Source: Ramazzottius varieornatus
Taxonomy: Eukaryota; Animalia; Tardigrada
Assembly: GCA_001949185.1 (NCBI GenBank)
Contig: BDGG01000003.1
Span: 4,709,092 to 4,773,091 of the forward strand
DNA length: 64,000 nucleotides
Reading direction: 5' to 3'
Of this stretch, positions 11,951 to 25,122 are shown in pieces (position 1 is the stretch's first letter; every line of letters starts with the position of its first letter). The notes under the pieces are model-generated. The model saw only the letters and a program-made list of their open reading frames with translations. It did no database searches and was not told where the DNA came from. Made by a program: the position numbers and the translations under genes.

Positions 11951-14212
11951 ATGTTTGCAAAGCTTATCCTTGTTGTAGGACTTCTCGGCCTTCTCGCCAA
12001 AGGTCGACATGCCCAAGAACAGGTAGGCGTACCGCACGAACATGGCAGCCAGCAAAAGGCTGCCGCGTATTCGTTTGTCAAATTAACAATTAATTGTCAA
12101 CTTAGCCATAAATTGATCAAATTATTCGGATTCATATATTATTACAAATTTAAGTGTGACGTTTTTACGGTGAAATATTCAGAGGCTTTAATGGTCGACA
12201 GTTCTTACGGTAATGGCTTCAATGAATATTCATGGTGATAAATTTTCCAGTCAGAATTATCAGAGTGTACATTATAGGCGCGTCTGGTGAAACGACAGTC
12301 AGGCACTCCGACCTGCGGACAGCCACTTTACACAGGCGTAGTCAACGAGAATTCCGCTCCAGGGACCTTCATCCTCACCGCTGCGGCGTCTTCTGCAAGT
12401 GGTAGTCCTCTCACCTGGTCCATCCAAGACACCACTCTCCAGAGGTTCTCCATCAACCCATCCACTGGGGCGGTAACCGTCGCTGGGTCCCTGGCTCGAG
12501 CAGCGCGGCAGCGCTCCGCTCTGGAATTCCGTATTCGGGCAACCGACAACAGTAATTACCTGGTCAGTGACCTACCTGCCTATTCCACATCCAAGCACCA
12601 CCACCGTCAAACTCAGACGTCGGCAAATGAATTCGCCCATATCGTTTTCCCTAGTGACGCATGCTTCCGTCCACCGATGCTGAAAGCATGCGCCAGTCGA
12701 AAAAGCATTTTCGTCGATATTCAGAATCATTTTTCAAAGTCGCGCACGGTTTTAGCCGATAAGAAAACTTGGACCGCTTGGGAAGACGATCAGGGTGAAT
12801 TCGTTTACCGACGTTTCATAACTATCCAATCCAATGCGATAGGTGAGCGAGGTTAATTTTTTTGTAGTACTGTGAAAGCACAGTCCGAGTCAATATTCTG
12901 CCTAACTCAGCCGGTACACCAGGAACCGGTACAGGAACCCAACCGTATTTCGGCCAGTCCTCTTACTCCTTCGCTCCATCTTTCGTCCAGTTCGGTACCC
13001 AGATCGGACAAGTTAACGCCATCAGTTCATGCGGAGGACAAATCTCGTACACTCTCAACGGTTGCAGCAGTTTCTTCTCCATCTCCCAGAACGGCCAGAT
13101 CACCTCAACAACCACCGTTCCAGCTGGAACCTACACGTGCACGGTCTTCGCCACGTGAGTTTCTCTTTTCGGATCTCAAAAATCCCAAATCTTGTCGGAT
13201 TCCCAAATTGCAGTCTAAAGTGGCGCACTTTTCACTGCTTTTGGCTGGAAACGTGCGCCACTTGAGAGAACGATCTCGCTATTAGACAAGGTTGTTATTC
13301 TAAGTGACGCACGCTTCCACTATGCTTGGCCGAGAGTGTGCGTCACTTGGGTGACGGATCTGAGCGGCTTACTCTGCCGACGTCGTAATCAGCCTTCACA
13401 TCTTGCTCGGAGTGATTAACATGCCTCTTTCTTCTCGCAGTACGCCTTGTGGTACCGCTTCGAGTACCGTCACCATCAACGTGGCGGGTGGTAACACCGG
13501 TAGCAGCGTAACCTTCCAGCAGAGCGCTTACACCTTCTCTTCCTCGTTCTGCGCAGCTGGTCAGCCAATCGGCCAGGTATCCGCCAGTGGCGGTAACGGT
13601 CAGGTCACGTACAGTCTGACCGGTACTTCCCAGTTCACCATCAACCAACTGACAGGCCAGATTACCGCTAACGGCAACCTCAATTCCGGTACCTACACAT
13701 TCCAAGTTGTAGCCAGCTCGCCGTTCGGTGGTCAGGCTTACACAACCGTCACCATCTCACTCAACTGCTTCTCCAGCCCGATCAACAATCAAGCACCGAC
13801 ATTCTCGCAGACGGCTTACACGGTCCAGGCATCCTCATGCACACCAGGCTCCCAGATTGCGCGGGTTCAGGCGACAAGCGCTCTGCCCGTGACGTATTCT
13901 CTGGCTGGGTCTTCCATCTTCACCATCGACCCCGTTTCTGGTCTGTTGAGCGTCAACCAGGGTGTGGGGAGCGGAAGTTACACCACGCAGATCTCTGCCT
14001 CGTCAGCCGGTGGTCAGACCAGCGCCACCGTCACCGTGGTCTTCATTTGTCCCAATATTAATCCGCCACCGATCAACCCTATCAATTCCTACTATGTTAC
14101 CAGTGGCTTCTGTCCGGCTGGATCGCAGATCGGAAGTATCTGCTCGGGACTGGGTGGCAATGGAGCTATTCCCTACACTGGAGTATTGCCTCTGATTCGC
14201 AGTGCTGGTTAA
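11951..14212 (+). CDS. Secreted protein with four cadherin-like beta-sandwich repeats and no transmembrane segment, 4 exons
   Basis: Signal peptide MFAKLILVVGLLGLLAKG; exons about 11951-12022, 12278-12562, 12868-13154, 13441-14212; repeats of P.F.Q..Y...G..IGQV.A...V.YSL...F.I...G.I...G.Y...V.A; stop at 14212 with no hydrophobic anchor. Confidence 0.75.
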
Positions 14213-15052
14213 CCCGACCGTCTTCGTTAAGATATCTTTCTTGGCATGCAGATTTTATTTCGAGCTTCTCTTATTTCCTGATAATATTTATCAGATTGAG
14301 CTTTCATACTGGAAATGCTATCACAAAAGGTTCTGACGTGTTTCCGGTTGCTTTCTGCGTCAGTAAAATTTCATATGAATGTTTATAGAGTATACTGGTC
14401 CGCACAGAAGAATGCTTTAGTTTTTCAGCATTTTGTCTGCACTTCCAGTATTGATCAACGTCACATTGTACAGAGCAATTATGCAAATTGCTTTGTCGGC
14501 AGATGCGTTCTCTGAAATAAGAATAGTCTTTTGAGATGGTCGTATCAAACATTAGAATTATATGCGCGCACACTCGCACAGCTTCCAGCTCGCTTTGTGC
14601 GTTTTCACGAAGGTGGACACAATTATCACAATTATTGGAAAACACGATATCGGGAGTTCATTTGACCACGCGATCGCTTAATTCCCCTTGTATTTAATGA
14701 AGATATCGGAGGTAGGCAAATGAACCGTACAAGACTGCTGTTTCAAGTGGCGCACGCTCCCATTTTGGGGGTAGTTAGCGTGCGCCATTTGCATACTGAG
14801 AAAACGATCGTGAATGTTTCGTTTGCCGGCCTCCCATACCAGTGACATGGTCCTAGTGACATGGTCCTACAAACCCCTCCATAAGTCGGTGATCAGAGTT
14901 CCTTTCAATTTAGAAGGTGATATAATGAGAAAAGGGCAAAGTGCGTGAGGAATCGAGATATCTAAAAGCATTATTTTGGAGGACCCAGAATCTAGACAAT
15001 GGACTGACCAAGCAAAGCACCGTTAAATTTTCCCCCTTGTTATTTCTACTAC

Positions 15053-15580
15053 TCAGCCGAAGCGGAGATGGACGAATTTGAGGTCCGGAAAGTTCGTCAC
15101 GGCTGCGGCGTCCTCCACAACTGCTGCTGTCTTTTCGTCAGGTTTTGACCGCCGTTCTCCTGTAGTAGATTGAGTGCTTGTCCCATACACAGGCTTACTG
15201 GCCAGATGAGAGCGTAGTGATGGTATATGCTTGTCGGGAAGGAAGATGGCGTAGATTGTGCCATCCTCTCCCATGACCTTTATGGGCCAAGTAGGCAGAC
15301 TCACTGGGTCGTAGGAGAAGCGTTTGTTGAGTCGTCGCTGACCGTCCGTCTTTTGGCTCACCAAGCTGGTTGAAGGTTTTATCCGCAGGCGGAAGTTACT
15401 CATGCTGAACGGCGGGAAGCCGCGTTTGTTCCCATCAATACCCCCACCGTAGTCCGTTCCGTCGAATCGGCCGTAGGTAACTGGATTGTAACCTACGGGA
15501 AGTATACGGCTGTAAGTCACATTGACGATACAACAAAACAGTGGCAAAGTAAAAGCTAATTTCCGCCAGGCAGTCTTCAT
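15053..15580 (-). CDS. Neuropeptide precursor, C-terminal FVHLRF-amide (RFamide family)
   Basis: Intronless ORF; signal peptide MKTAWRKLAFTLPLFCCIVNVTYS; dibasic KR and RR sites; ends DLKFVHLRFG-stop (Gly amide donor). Confidence 0.75.
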   Translation of the reverse strand: MKTAWRKLAFTLPLFCCIVNVTYSRILPVGYNPVTYGRFDGTDYGGGIDGNKRGFPPFSMSNFRLRIKPSTSLVSQKTDGQRRLNKRFSYDPVSLPTWPIKVMGEDGTIYAIFLPDKHIPSLRSHLASKPVYGTSTQSTTGERRSKPDEKTAAVVEDAAAVTNFPDLKFVHLRFG

Positions 15581-16393
15581 CGCATCTCGGGCAAAGCCAG
15601 AAACACTGAGAAATTTCAATTAAGAGAAAAATTCTGGAAGAAGAAAGAACGGGGAAAGGTATCAGTGAAATAGGAAACGGGAAGCTTCTTGAGCCACTAA
15701 CAAGAGGATCTGGGAAATGGTGTGATCCAACGTCAAGCGAATCCAACGGCTTCACAATGACCTAACACGTATTGATGGCCACAGATCTGGGACATCTCCC
15801 TGACAGTCTACATTGTCCTCACCGGATACATGTACTCTTGGCCAAGTATTATAAGGGATGATGGGTGGGGTGTCGACGACTATGAAGAACCAGAGAAATC
15901 CAATGACGCCTCCGCAGTATAATAAAAGAATAAGCGCATTACGCATTGTATGATAATTCGAAGGGATCTGGACCGACACCTTCACCCTGTTACTTGTTCC
16001 CAGCTCTCCCACCCGGTCCTCCCCACCCTGTTCTTGCAGGATGGGCATTTACTGGTCTTGTTACTCCTGTATATATATGATTGGGGTGGTCGTTTTTCCA
16101 TCATTTTTGGGCCTGGCCCAAGCGTGATTAGAAGAATCACCCTCCTCTTGAGGTTAATCTTCTAGGTATTACCGGGAGTTCTGGTGAGATAAATGCCGGC
16201 GCTATCCCTGCATTTGAAAGACGAGAACTTGGGTGAAAACGTAAAGACCGTCGATAATAATTTAATAATTTGTAGTGTATGTACACCTTTTGGCTTCTTC
16301 TGTTCGCCTATGCGTCTCTTTTCCGAGTGATATTTCTAAACTTCAAAGCAAAGATCCGAAAACTGAAGAATTCAAAGGATAGTCCTATGGGCC

Positions 16394-16507
16394 GTCGGCA
16401 AACGAATTCGTATAGGTCGCTTTCTCAAGTGGCGCACGTTTTCAGTGTTATCGGCTGAGACCGTGCGCCACTTAAGAAAACGATCCGGGGAAATACATTT
16501 ACCGACA
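16394..16507. repeat. TGGCGCA palindrome element, monomer (type example)
   Basis: Core 16427-16473 AAGTGGCGCAC-GTTTTCAGTGTTATCGGCTGAGACC-GTGCGCCACTT with degenerate inverted flanks. Confidence 0.9.
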
Positions 16508-16973
16508 TACCATATCATAAATTAGTCAGGAACGAGCGGAGGCTGTAATGTTCAAAATGACAAATGCTTTTCACGATTAAAAATAAAGATATATTCAGAT
16601 TGTAAACTGGCACTGGCTGTACTTTAGCAAAACAAACGGCCATTGTTTCTTCATATTTTCTCTTACTTGTCCGAAAAATCCGGAGCTTGGCGTCAGGTAA
16701 AGGTGGCATACCATGGACAGCAGACAAAGATTAATCCTCGTCCACCTGAAAATATAGGTGGCTTAAGATAATGAGAATCGCAACATAATCATCAAGACAA
16801 CTTATGTCGAAATGCGAAGAACCGTAGGTCGTAGAGCTGTTTTCAGTTCGAGCGGAAAATTTGGACCATTGTGGTTGACTCTCAAAGACGCCGGATTGAC
16901 GCAGAAGAGCTTGCAATCCAATCGTTCGTTTTTTGCTGTTATTTGGCTTTTGACTGATCGAACCACACAAAAT

Positions 16974-19900
16974 ATGGCCGACGGGTATCCACGGAGGTTT
17001 CTCGAAGAATTCAAACATGCCAACTCAACTTTTGGCGGCTTGAAGAAATTCTTCCCGCTGATGGAATCCTTGAGCGTATACAAGCGATCTTATCTGTGGA
17101 GGGAAGCTTTGGCCGGAATTATTGTCGCTTGTTTTCACATTCCTCAATGTACGACAGTGAATCAGAATTCAATTGGGAGCTTGTTCAACAACCTCGGCAG
17201 ATCGATCGAGTTTTCCAGTGGCGCATACCCGGAGTCGATAGCACCGAGAACATGCGCCACTTGAGAGAAAAAGCGGCGCACGCGTACTGCCAATAACACG
17301 GTAAACGTGCGCCACTTCAGAAAAGCCGACTTGGCGAGTTTGCTTGCCGAGCTCCCACTTAAAAGTATGGAGAAAGGTTTCGGGCTGTGAAAGTTCCTTT
17401 CCGTTTACACTCATCGTCGTTTTCAGCTATGGGAACAGGAATGGCTGCAAACCTGGGACCAGTGTACGGTATCTACCTAACTTTCTTCCCTGGCGTCATC
17501 TACGCGCTACTGGGGTCTTCACGTCATAACTCGGTAGGAGCCTTCGCACCTAGCGCAGCTCTGGTCGGGGTGGGAGTGGCACGAACAAGGAAAATATTCA
17601 ATCGGCAGTTTTTGCCCAACCAGACCACTGAACTAGTGGGCGACGCGGACTTACCTCTGGTTATCCAGACACATCTGGACATCGCGGTGGGCTTCACTCT
17701 TTGTGCCGGCACCATCCAGGTACTGCAGCGAAATACCACTGTCAATTTTATTTGGGAGAACGGCGAAATCGAAAGGTACCAGATCGTTTCCCCAAATCGC
17801 GCACACCTTCTCAGCCAATAGCAATGAAAATGTGCGCCATTCGAGATGCTCACCGGCTATCAGTTTAAAGGTTCTGCATGCCGTGGAAATTGGATGAAAG
17901 ACTCACCTTATTATTCCGTAGACAATTGTTTCGTAGCTTTTGATGACCTTTCTTCGCTTGGAGTTCCTCGGCCGGATATTCCCCTTCACCGTACTGGACG
18001 CCTTCAACTGTGCCTGCAGTCTCCAGATTATGCTGGTCCAGATACCGAACATGTTTGGCGTGAAGCTTGACCAGTTTTACGGATTCAACAAACACATTTC
18101 CGTAGGTACTGCAATAGAAAATATTCTCATGAAGTAAGTTTCAACTGGCAGTCTATATACTACCTTACTGTCTCACTGCATGTATGCATTGCAGTTGATC
18201 GTACTATTCTTCCAAAATGCTATGAAGCTCCGTTGGATGGACACTCTGTTGGCGATCCTTACCGCTTCGATCACGATTGGTTTCCGCGAGTTCCTCCAAC
18301 CGAAACTCTTCCAGAAAGTCCAGCTGATTGTCCCGATCGAATTCATCCTGATGTCCATGTCGATGACGATATCGTACGCTCTCGATTTATCCGGAAAATA
18401 TGACGTTCGAATCTTAGGAAAATCGCCCATGCCTTCCGGGTTAGAGGAACCTAGAAACCACATTGATCATCATTGCTTAAATATCAAACTCAAGAACTTT
18501 CGTAGGATGCCTCATCCGTCACTACCGTCTCCCCGCTACATGCCCTTCTCGCTTTTCGAAGGATTCCTAGGAGCTTTGGTGTCTATCGCCTTCTGTATGC
18601 AAGCCACTAGACCTGCCTCCAGAAAGCATGGGTACAAAGTCGACCTCAAGCAGGAACTGATTGCTTTGGGAAGCGCCAATATTTTCAGTTCCTTCTTTTC
18701 CTGCTTCATCGCCAGCTCGAACATCGGGAGAAGCAGCATTCTGGACAGCATGGGTGCCCGATCGCAGTTGTCCACACTGGTCAGCTGTACAGTAACGGGA
18801 CTCCTCCTCGCATTCGCTTCAAAGACCCTGTACTACCTTCCATCGGTATGCCGGAACCAATGAAGATATGCGGGAGCAAGGCAGATCGACAAGACCGCTT
18901 TCTTAAGTGGCGCACGCTCCAGCTACAACTACTGATGAGGCACGCCACTTGGGAACACAGTCGAACTCGACAAAACCTCTTTCCAAGTGGCGCACGTGGT
19001 CAGCCGAAAACCATGAAAACGCACGCCACTTGGAAAAATAAAAATCCTGAAAAGTCTTCTGGCCAAGCTTCCATACTTTTAAGCTGGAATTCCAACATAA
19101 TTGTTTTTCAGCGTTTTGTTCCGTAGAGCGTAATAGCGACGATAATTACGTTGACGTTGGCCATGAGTTTGAAGCTCTTTGAGGATCTTCCGGATATATG
19201 GCGGTCATCGAAGCTTGATGCGGTCCAGTGGATCCTCACCTTCGCCTCTTGTATTTTACTCGATTTGGAATGGGGACTACTGATCGGAATGGGCATCTCA
19301 CTTCTGCGTGACCAGCTCCGGAGTCAGCAGTAAGCTTTGATGCATGTATTGTTCAAGCTCTAGAACGATAACCTAATGTCGTTCGGTTTTGATTTTCAGA
19401 CCACAGTTGATCACGTTGCAACCTACGAAAGCCCACCAAAGCTCAGTCTCGTCTCGTTACAAGATCGTCCTCGTTGGTTCGGCCATCAGCTACAGCAATG
19501 TCGATCGGTTCGTGGATTCCGTCCTCGCTACCCATATACCCGGTTCGAAATCGAGAAGACCCACACGGGCTGGAAATAACAGAGGACCGTCCTCGTGGAT
19601 CTTGAACAGCCGATTGTCCGTGGTCAACACCCACATCGGGTTGTTCTCGTCAAGTCTCTCGGACTCGGAGGATAGTCCCGATAAGACGCCCAACTCGAGA
19701 AGATGTTCGCTGGTGTCAAACCTGAAACAACATCCAATACAGGAGAACAAAGATGTCATCCTGGAGCTTGATGAAAAGGATTTGACCGGCGATGTAAAGC
19801 TCAGTCTGGAGGATCGGGATGGCGAACCTGATTCTCGGGGCAACGTGATATTAGACTGTACTCTCGTGACTCACATTGACGCCGCTGGTGTCAGGTCTCT

Positions 19901-20573
19901 GAATTATCTAATGGCGGAGCTGGTGAAGAAAGGCACTTCCTTATGGTTCGCGTCCTGTTCGGGTAAGAACGATCGAAGCTCCTTAACTGGAATGTCGGCA
20001 AATGAATTGACCATGATCGGCATCTCAAGTAGCGCACTTCCTCATAGGTGATGACCGAGGCTGTGCGCCACTTGGGTAAACTAACTTAAATTCACCAAGA
20101 CTGCTTTGCCAAGTGGCGCACACTTTCCGCCAGTATCAGGAGAAACGTGCGCCACTTGCTGAAACGATCGTTTTCAAGTCATTAGCCGAAGTTCCAACTC
20201 ACATTCCGAGCGGGGACCTTAGTGTCTCATTCATTTTACAGAGTCCACTGAGCGGCTACTGAAGAGAACTAAATGCAGTCCCACGGTGATGCTTCCTGGT
20301 GCAAATTTCGTTTCGTCCGTGGACGAAGCCATTGATCTGATCGAACAAGAGATGGTTAAGACCTTGAATGCTGTTCCCGAACTAAGTCGTAGGAATGTCT
20401 TGGAAGTGAGCACCCAACCGGCGGTTGCGAGAAGAGGCTCGCAAGATGTCAACTTCTGGGGTGTGACGGGTCTTCCCGACGCCAAGCGGGAAGTTGTGGA
20501 GATGCACACAGCCGACGAAGTGGAAGATACAAAGTCAGTCAACATGGGAGTGTATTCTGTCAGCATCGATTAA
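16974..20573 (+). CDS. SLC26/SulP anion transporter (prestin-like) with STAS domain, multi-exon; start uncertain (16812 or 16974)
   Basis: AGIIVACFHIPQ|SMG...GPVYGIY...IYALLGSSRHNSVG; KHGYKVDLKQELIALGSANIFSSFFSC...GRSSI...GARSQLS; STAS VILDCTLVTHIDAAGV. Confidence 0.9.
18872..19070. repeat. TGGCGCA palindrome element, dimer, in SLC26 intron
   Basis: Cores at about 18905 and 18985 inside intron 18846-19126. Confidence 0.85.
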
Positions 20574-23171
20574 CCTTGAAATTTCTCAGCTGAATTATTT
20601 CGTCTTCTGCTTTTCCCGAAGTAACCCATTTACTGTAGTCATTACAGTGCGGATGGGCCAAGTGACCACCACCTCATGATATTCACGGCGCTCTCGACCA
20701 CGTATGGGCTGGTCTTCACAACTGTTTTTTCTTAATTTAGTATTGCTATTACTACCCTTTAAAAATTGCACAGAAAGATTGTCTATGCGAAGTCCAGAAT
20801 CAACCCGGGACTAGGGAGAATGTAGCCGCGTAGCTGCTCCGAGGCGAACTTTTCAATGCTTCTCCCTCCGGAAGAAATCGTTTTCTCTCTTCTGCCCTTT
20901 TTTGGACTAGAACTGCTGATTGCAAATTGTTTAACGGTAGTCTGGCTTCCGGAAAAATATAGTGCTCTTCTGTACCACTTGTTGATTCACTGAGCCAAAA
21001 TACAGGGTGCGCGCCAGAATACAAGGTTTCTCAAAATATTTTGGATTTTTTCCCGACAACTAAAAGCATGAACGGGAAGCCGAATCATTGCTCCATCTGA
21101 GTCCACAGCGCTTTTGTATGGACTTAGTTAAGGACGTATTGAGGTCCTTGATTGGCCCTTTTTTTCCCTAAAAGGTCCTTGATTTGGCCCTTTTTCTATG
21201 ATCTTTTTAGGGAATGTCAGTCTGGATTGTGCCGGGCACGGTCCCGACAGGCAACATCGTAGAAAAAGGGCCATATTGCGGACCTTGTAGAAACCTCAAC
21301 ACGTCATTGGACTTAGAAAAAAATTGGGTGGGGTAAGGCCTCTCGCAAAAACTTGGTTCGCGGGAATCGGCAACTTTTCCAGATTTTGAGAGAATTTCAG
21401 AAAATTCACATCTACTTGTGTGACAAGGCCTTGCAAATCCGACACTGGAAAATGTTAGTCCAGTGACAGCCATACTAAAAGCGGTCCCAAGTGAGAACTC
21501 TACCGTTAGAACATTAATTACGATTTTCTCCACGAGGAGTGGTATACCAGCAAAATAGTCGAATTTGACGGTCTTAATTCATTCATCAACTTACTTTGAC
21601 TTTCTTGGGATCTTCACTATTTTCGAGCGAGAAGCTGGACAGTTTTATCTCCGTTTAAATCAAATTGGGGAAAGATACTTGCGCAAGGAGCTCTAGAGTG
21701 CCCGGTTTGTTCCTGCCGAATAATCTTCCTCAGCGGAAGTCATTTCAATCAACTTCTCAAACCTGGGTTTTAACGCATGCAAACGAGCTATGTCTTAGCG
21801 GAACCAGCATGAAAAGTTGCACAAACTATGTGAAAGAGCGAAAGAAAAGCAGACATTCTGATTTTTTTCTACGTCAATGTTCGAGGTGGTAGTCACTTGG
21901 CCCATCCGCACTGTATAATTGCAGAAAGTTCGTCGGTACAAAATCGTCGGAAAATCCGCGAGTAGGAGGCTTTAGCTTAGAAAGAAGCTTGAGCTTGTTC
22001 ATACCGACCAGAAGTCTTCCGAAGAAAGCCAAATCTAGATCTGGCATTCTTCGGGTCACTTCTCGTAGCCATGAACAAGCTGAACCCAAGCCATGGGTTC
22101 AAACTTCCTCCCCACGCCTTTCCTGAAGACTTCAAGTTTGTGGTCGAGAAGTTCGAGAGTCGACAATAAATCTGATAAGGCGTAAGCCGTTCCCTTCTTG
22201 ATTCATGAAGTCCGCTTCACTTTTCTTTCGTTCAGCAAGTGGGCTATTCTCTCAGATGTAATTCCTGTTGTTTTCTGTTGAAATCTGGATTTACTTTTTC
22301 CTGTTATCGGAGACGATAATGCTGCTGGAGGTGCTGGCACTCAAATGTACGTTCATTCGGTGATGGTACGAAATTAGCAGTTAAAACAGTAGCTGACTAG
22401 CTCGCCTCGCCAAACAAACTCGACCCGCTCGCTTTTCCAAGTAGCGCACGCTTTCAGCCTGCAACACTAAGAATGTGCGCCACTCGGAAATACGACTTTG
22501 CCGATTTTGTTGGTCGAGCTCCGAAATCGACATGGTTTCTTTGAATACTATAGTGTGTCAACTGGACATCGAGTTCTGCATCTGACGTTGGGGGGTTTGG
22601 TGCAGAGGACGTTTTGGTCTTTCAACTGAGACAATTTAACTGAACCGGAGACGACGAAGCCTCAGAGACTGTACGCGAAATTACTCGTAGAGATACCTTG
22701 GAAGTTTGAATTGAAGATCCAACCTCCGGCAGCGAGAAGGAACTCACATGATGCTAACTTACCCGGGAAGAAGACAGTTCCTTTGAGATCCTTCAGCAGG
22801 AAGTTGTGGCAATGCGGAAGGCGGACGACGACGTTGCGTCAACCAGCAACCTTGAAATTTATTTTGCATCTTTTTCACCGAACTAGAGATACAGTAGTAC
22901 GCAAATCCGAGGAAACCCGGAAATGTTTACTGATTTATCGATTTGATTTTCATCGAAGGATATCGCTGATTCATACAGCGATACCCTTCGATTTTGTCAT
23001 AATGCACGACACGACAAAAACATATCAAAGCAAGGTAAGTTCCGCCACCTTGCGTGATCATTGATTATTAATAATAGCACGACATGTGACATATATCTTC
23101 ATGAAATGAACGCTTCTCTTGCTGGACCGGCTAGAAAATGCAGTTCAACGAAGACTTCTGACACGGCTCCG

Positions 23172-23519
23172 TTATTTGCCGAACCTCAAGTAATTAGTTC
23201 GACTTCTCGGGCTTTCATAGTTGACGTTGTTGTTCAAAGATATCCCGGAATCCCGCACAGGCCCTTCCTCGTCTCCCAGTTCAGATCCATCAGAGTATTG
23301 CGGGTAGTAAACTTGCAGCAGGGCGCCCAGGCTCCGGAGTAAGCGAAGCTGCTGCTGTTGAGCGCTAACACTTCCGGTCTGCGATCCTTGCAAACTGGGC
23401 TCGACCTTGAAGCCTGGTAACATCGCCGCACCCAATGATGGCTTGATGATGACCGATAGCAGAACCAGGAAACAGATGCCGGAGACTCGATGATCGGATG
23501 ACATTTTGAAAAGCACCAT
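23172..23519 (-). CDS. Neuropeptide precursor, C-terminal TNYLRF-amide (FMRFamide-like)
   Basis: Intronless; signal peptide SGICFLVLLSVIIKPSLG (Met at 23519 or 23504); ends ESPRSRTNYLRFGK-stop. Confidence 0.8.
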   Translation of the reverse strand: MVLFKMSSDHRVSGICFLVLLSVIIKPSLGAAMLPGFKVEPSLQGSQTGSVSAQQQQLRLLRSLGALLQVYYPQYSDGSELGDEEGPVRDSGISLNNNVNYESPRSRTNYLRFGK

Positions 23520-24345
23520 TGAAATATCGTAGAAAATATTTTCAGAGGGGAAACCTTCAAAAAGAGGACAGGGGACTATTATCAATGCGGGCTGCCGCAG
23601 AATGAGATGCTTTCTCGCGACTTCGACGTGCGTGATATGAGGTACTGGAATCCAAGGAAAATCTTTATGAAAGTCAAAGGATTTCTTTCATACCATGCGT
23701 GGAAGCTTCTAGCTACGTGGCCTTTTGGGCGAATAATGTAACGAACATGGTCATTATCTACCGGTCAAAGTCGTCCGGCGCTATTAAAGTTCGAAGAATA
23801 CCGTACATTATTCCTAACAGCGTCATCTTCGACAAAACTTGCATGTCGCACGTCATGCTGCTGAAAAGAATGCTAATTTCCCATTTAAGATAACGTGCAT
23901 TGTACACAGGGCGCCGAGGATCCGGAGGACTTTGGAGACCTTCAGGACTAACCGGTCGAAAACCTACAGGCAAACCCGAAACACGCGCGTGAATAATGCC
24001 GCATCATTTACTGTTCTTGATCAATAGCACGACCTTGCCACCCGGAAACCAATCTTTAGGTCATTAAACTGCGGTACATTCCAGCCATTAATAGATACAG
24101 ACGGGTATCGAAAAATAGTGATCGTTGCATGCGACACCACCGCACTGTCCGTTATAACACAAAGCCATAAGGAAACGAGCTCAGCCACCTGCGCCAGTTG
24201 AGGAAAACTTGATATGAACATCCAGCATGAAGTACGCACTACGTCATAAAGACCACTAGACGGTAGGGGATGGACGAATGACCTTCGAGCAAGCCGCGTG
24301 ACGTCATGTGTGATGTTGCTGGGTATCTTTCACTTGATTGGTTTG

Positions 24346-24777
24346 TCAGCCGAAGCGCAGGTGGACAGGCTCATTAGTGTGTATTCTTCCCGCTCCATTT
24401 TGCCCAACAGAACTTTCATCTTGCACATTGTCCGCTTGCGTGTTGACTCGGAATGATGGACGAGCCGGAGCAGTGACCTCAGCTTTGGAGTTTGATGAGC
24501 TGTCTATTGAAGATGGGACGTGGCCGAGAGAATTATAGGAGTAGTCGAAGGAGCTTCGTAGGGCGAGCGGAAGGTGGATCTTCGGGAAGAAACGCTTCGG
24601 CCTTCCAATGTACCCTTGCGCTTCTTCCATCCACAGAGGCGGATTCACGAAGTAACCGTAGTCCTGGACATCCTGGTTTGACGGTAAAAAGCTCGGTTCT
24701 CCCTCCATGTCCGCATTGGCCAAACGTAGAGTCAGTAAGACAGCAGAGATGCCCAACAGCAACCGGAAGTTGGCCAT
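24346..24777 (-). CDS. Neuropeptide precursor, C-terminal IHTNEPVHLRF-amide
   Basis: Intronless; signal peptide MANFRLLLGISAVLLTLRLANA; internal KR site; ends GRIHTNEPVHLRFG-stop. Confidence 0.8.
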   Translation of the reverse strand: MANFRLLLGISAVLLTLRLANADMEGEPSFLPSNQDVQDYGYFVNPPLWMEEAQGYIGRPKRFFPKIHLPLALRSSFDYSYNSLGHVPSSIDSSSNSKAEVTAPARPSFRVNTQADNVQDESSVGQNGAGRIHTNEPVHLRFG

Positions 24778-25106
24778 TTTACTGAGCTACGGCTGCTGGG
24801 CGGATATTTTAAAAAATATTCCGAATGGAAACTGAGTTGGAGATTGTTCAGGGCAGACGAGAGATTTCAACCCGTATACCAGCCATGATTGGGACTGAGA
24901 TAGAAAGAGCGGAAACTCCCGCTTTATCTAGCGGAAATTAGACGGAACGAAATTATTAACGAGGATGGATGTTGACTGACGACAATGCCACGAGATCAGT
25001 CGACAAAGATCAGTTGCAGATCAATGCGACGAAACCTCCACTGAGTCTCCTTCACAACAGGATGACGAAAAGATCCAACTAATTAATAAAATCCCTAAAT
25101 GCCAAA

Positions 25107-25122
25107 AGAGAGAGAGAGAGAG
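25107..25122. repeat. (AG)n microsatellite
   Basis: About 8 AG units upstream of the 24346-24777 gene. Confidence 0.7.

Noticed and set aside
14841-14869. 14-bp tandem duplication AGTGACATGGTCCT
   Set aside because: A local slippage duplication with no further structure.
16427-16473. TGCGCCA as a metal response element
   Set aside because: The MRE core is TGCRCNC; position 7 here is consistently A.
17149-17426. Palindrome as an introner that creates the intron
   Set aside because: Element ends lie about 20-70 nt inside the splice sites and the flanking intron sequence is unrelated between copies.
21141-21286. AGGTCCTTGATT(T)GGCCCTTTTT direct pair with a partial inverted copy
   Set aside because: Possibly a transposon remnant, but no matching termini or TSD were found.
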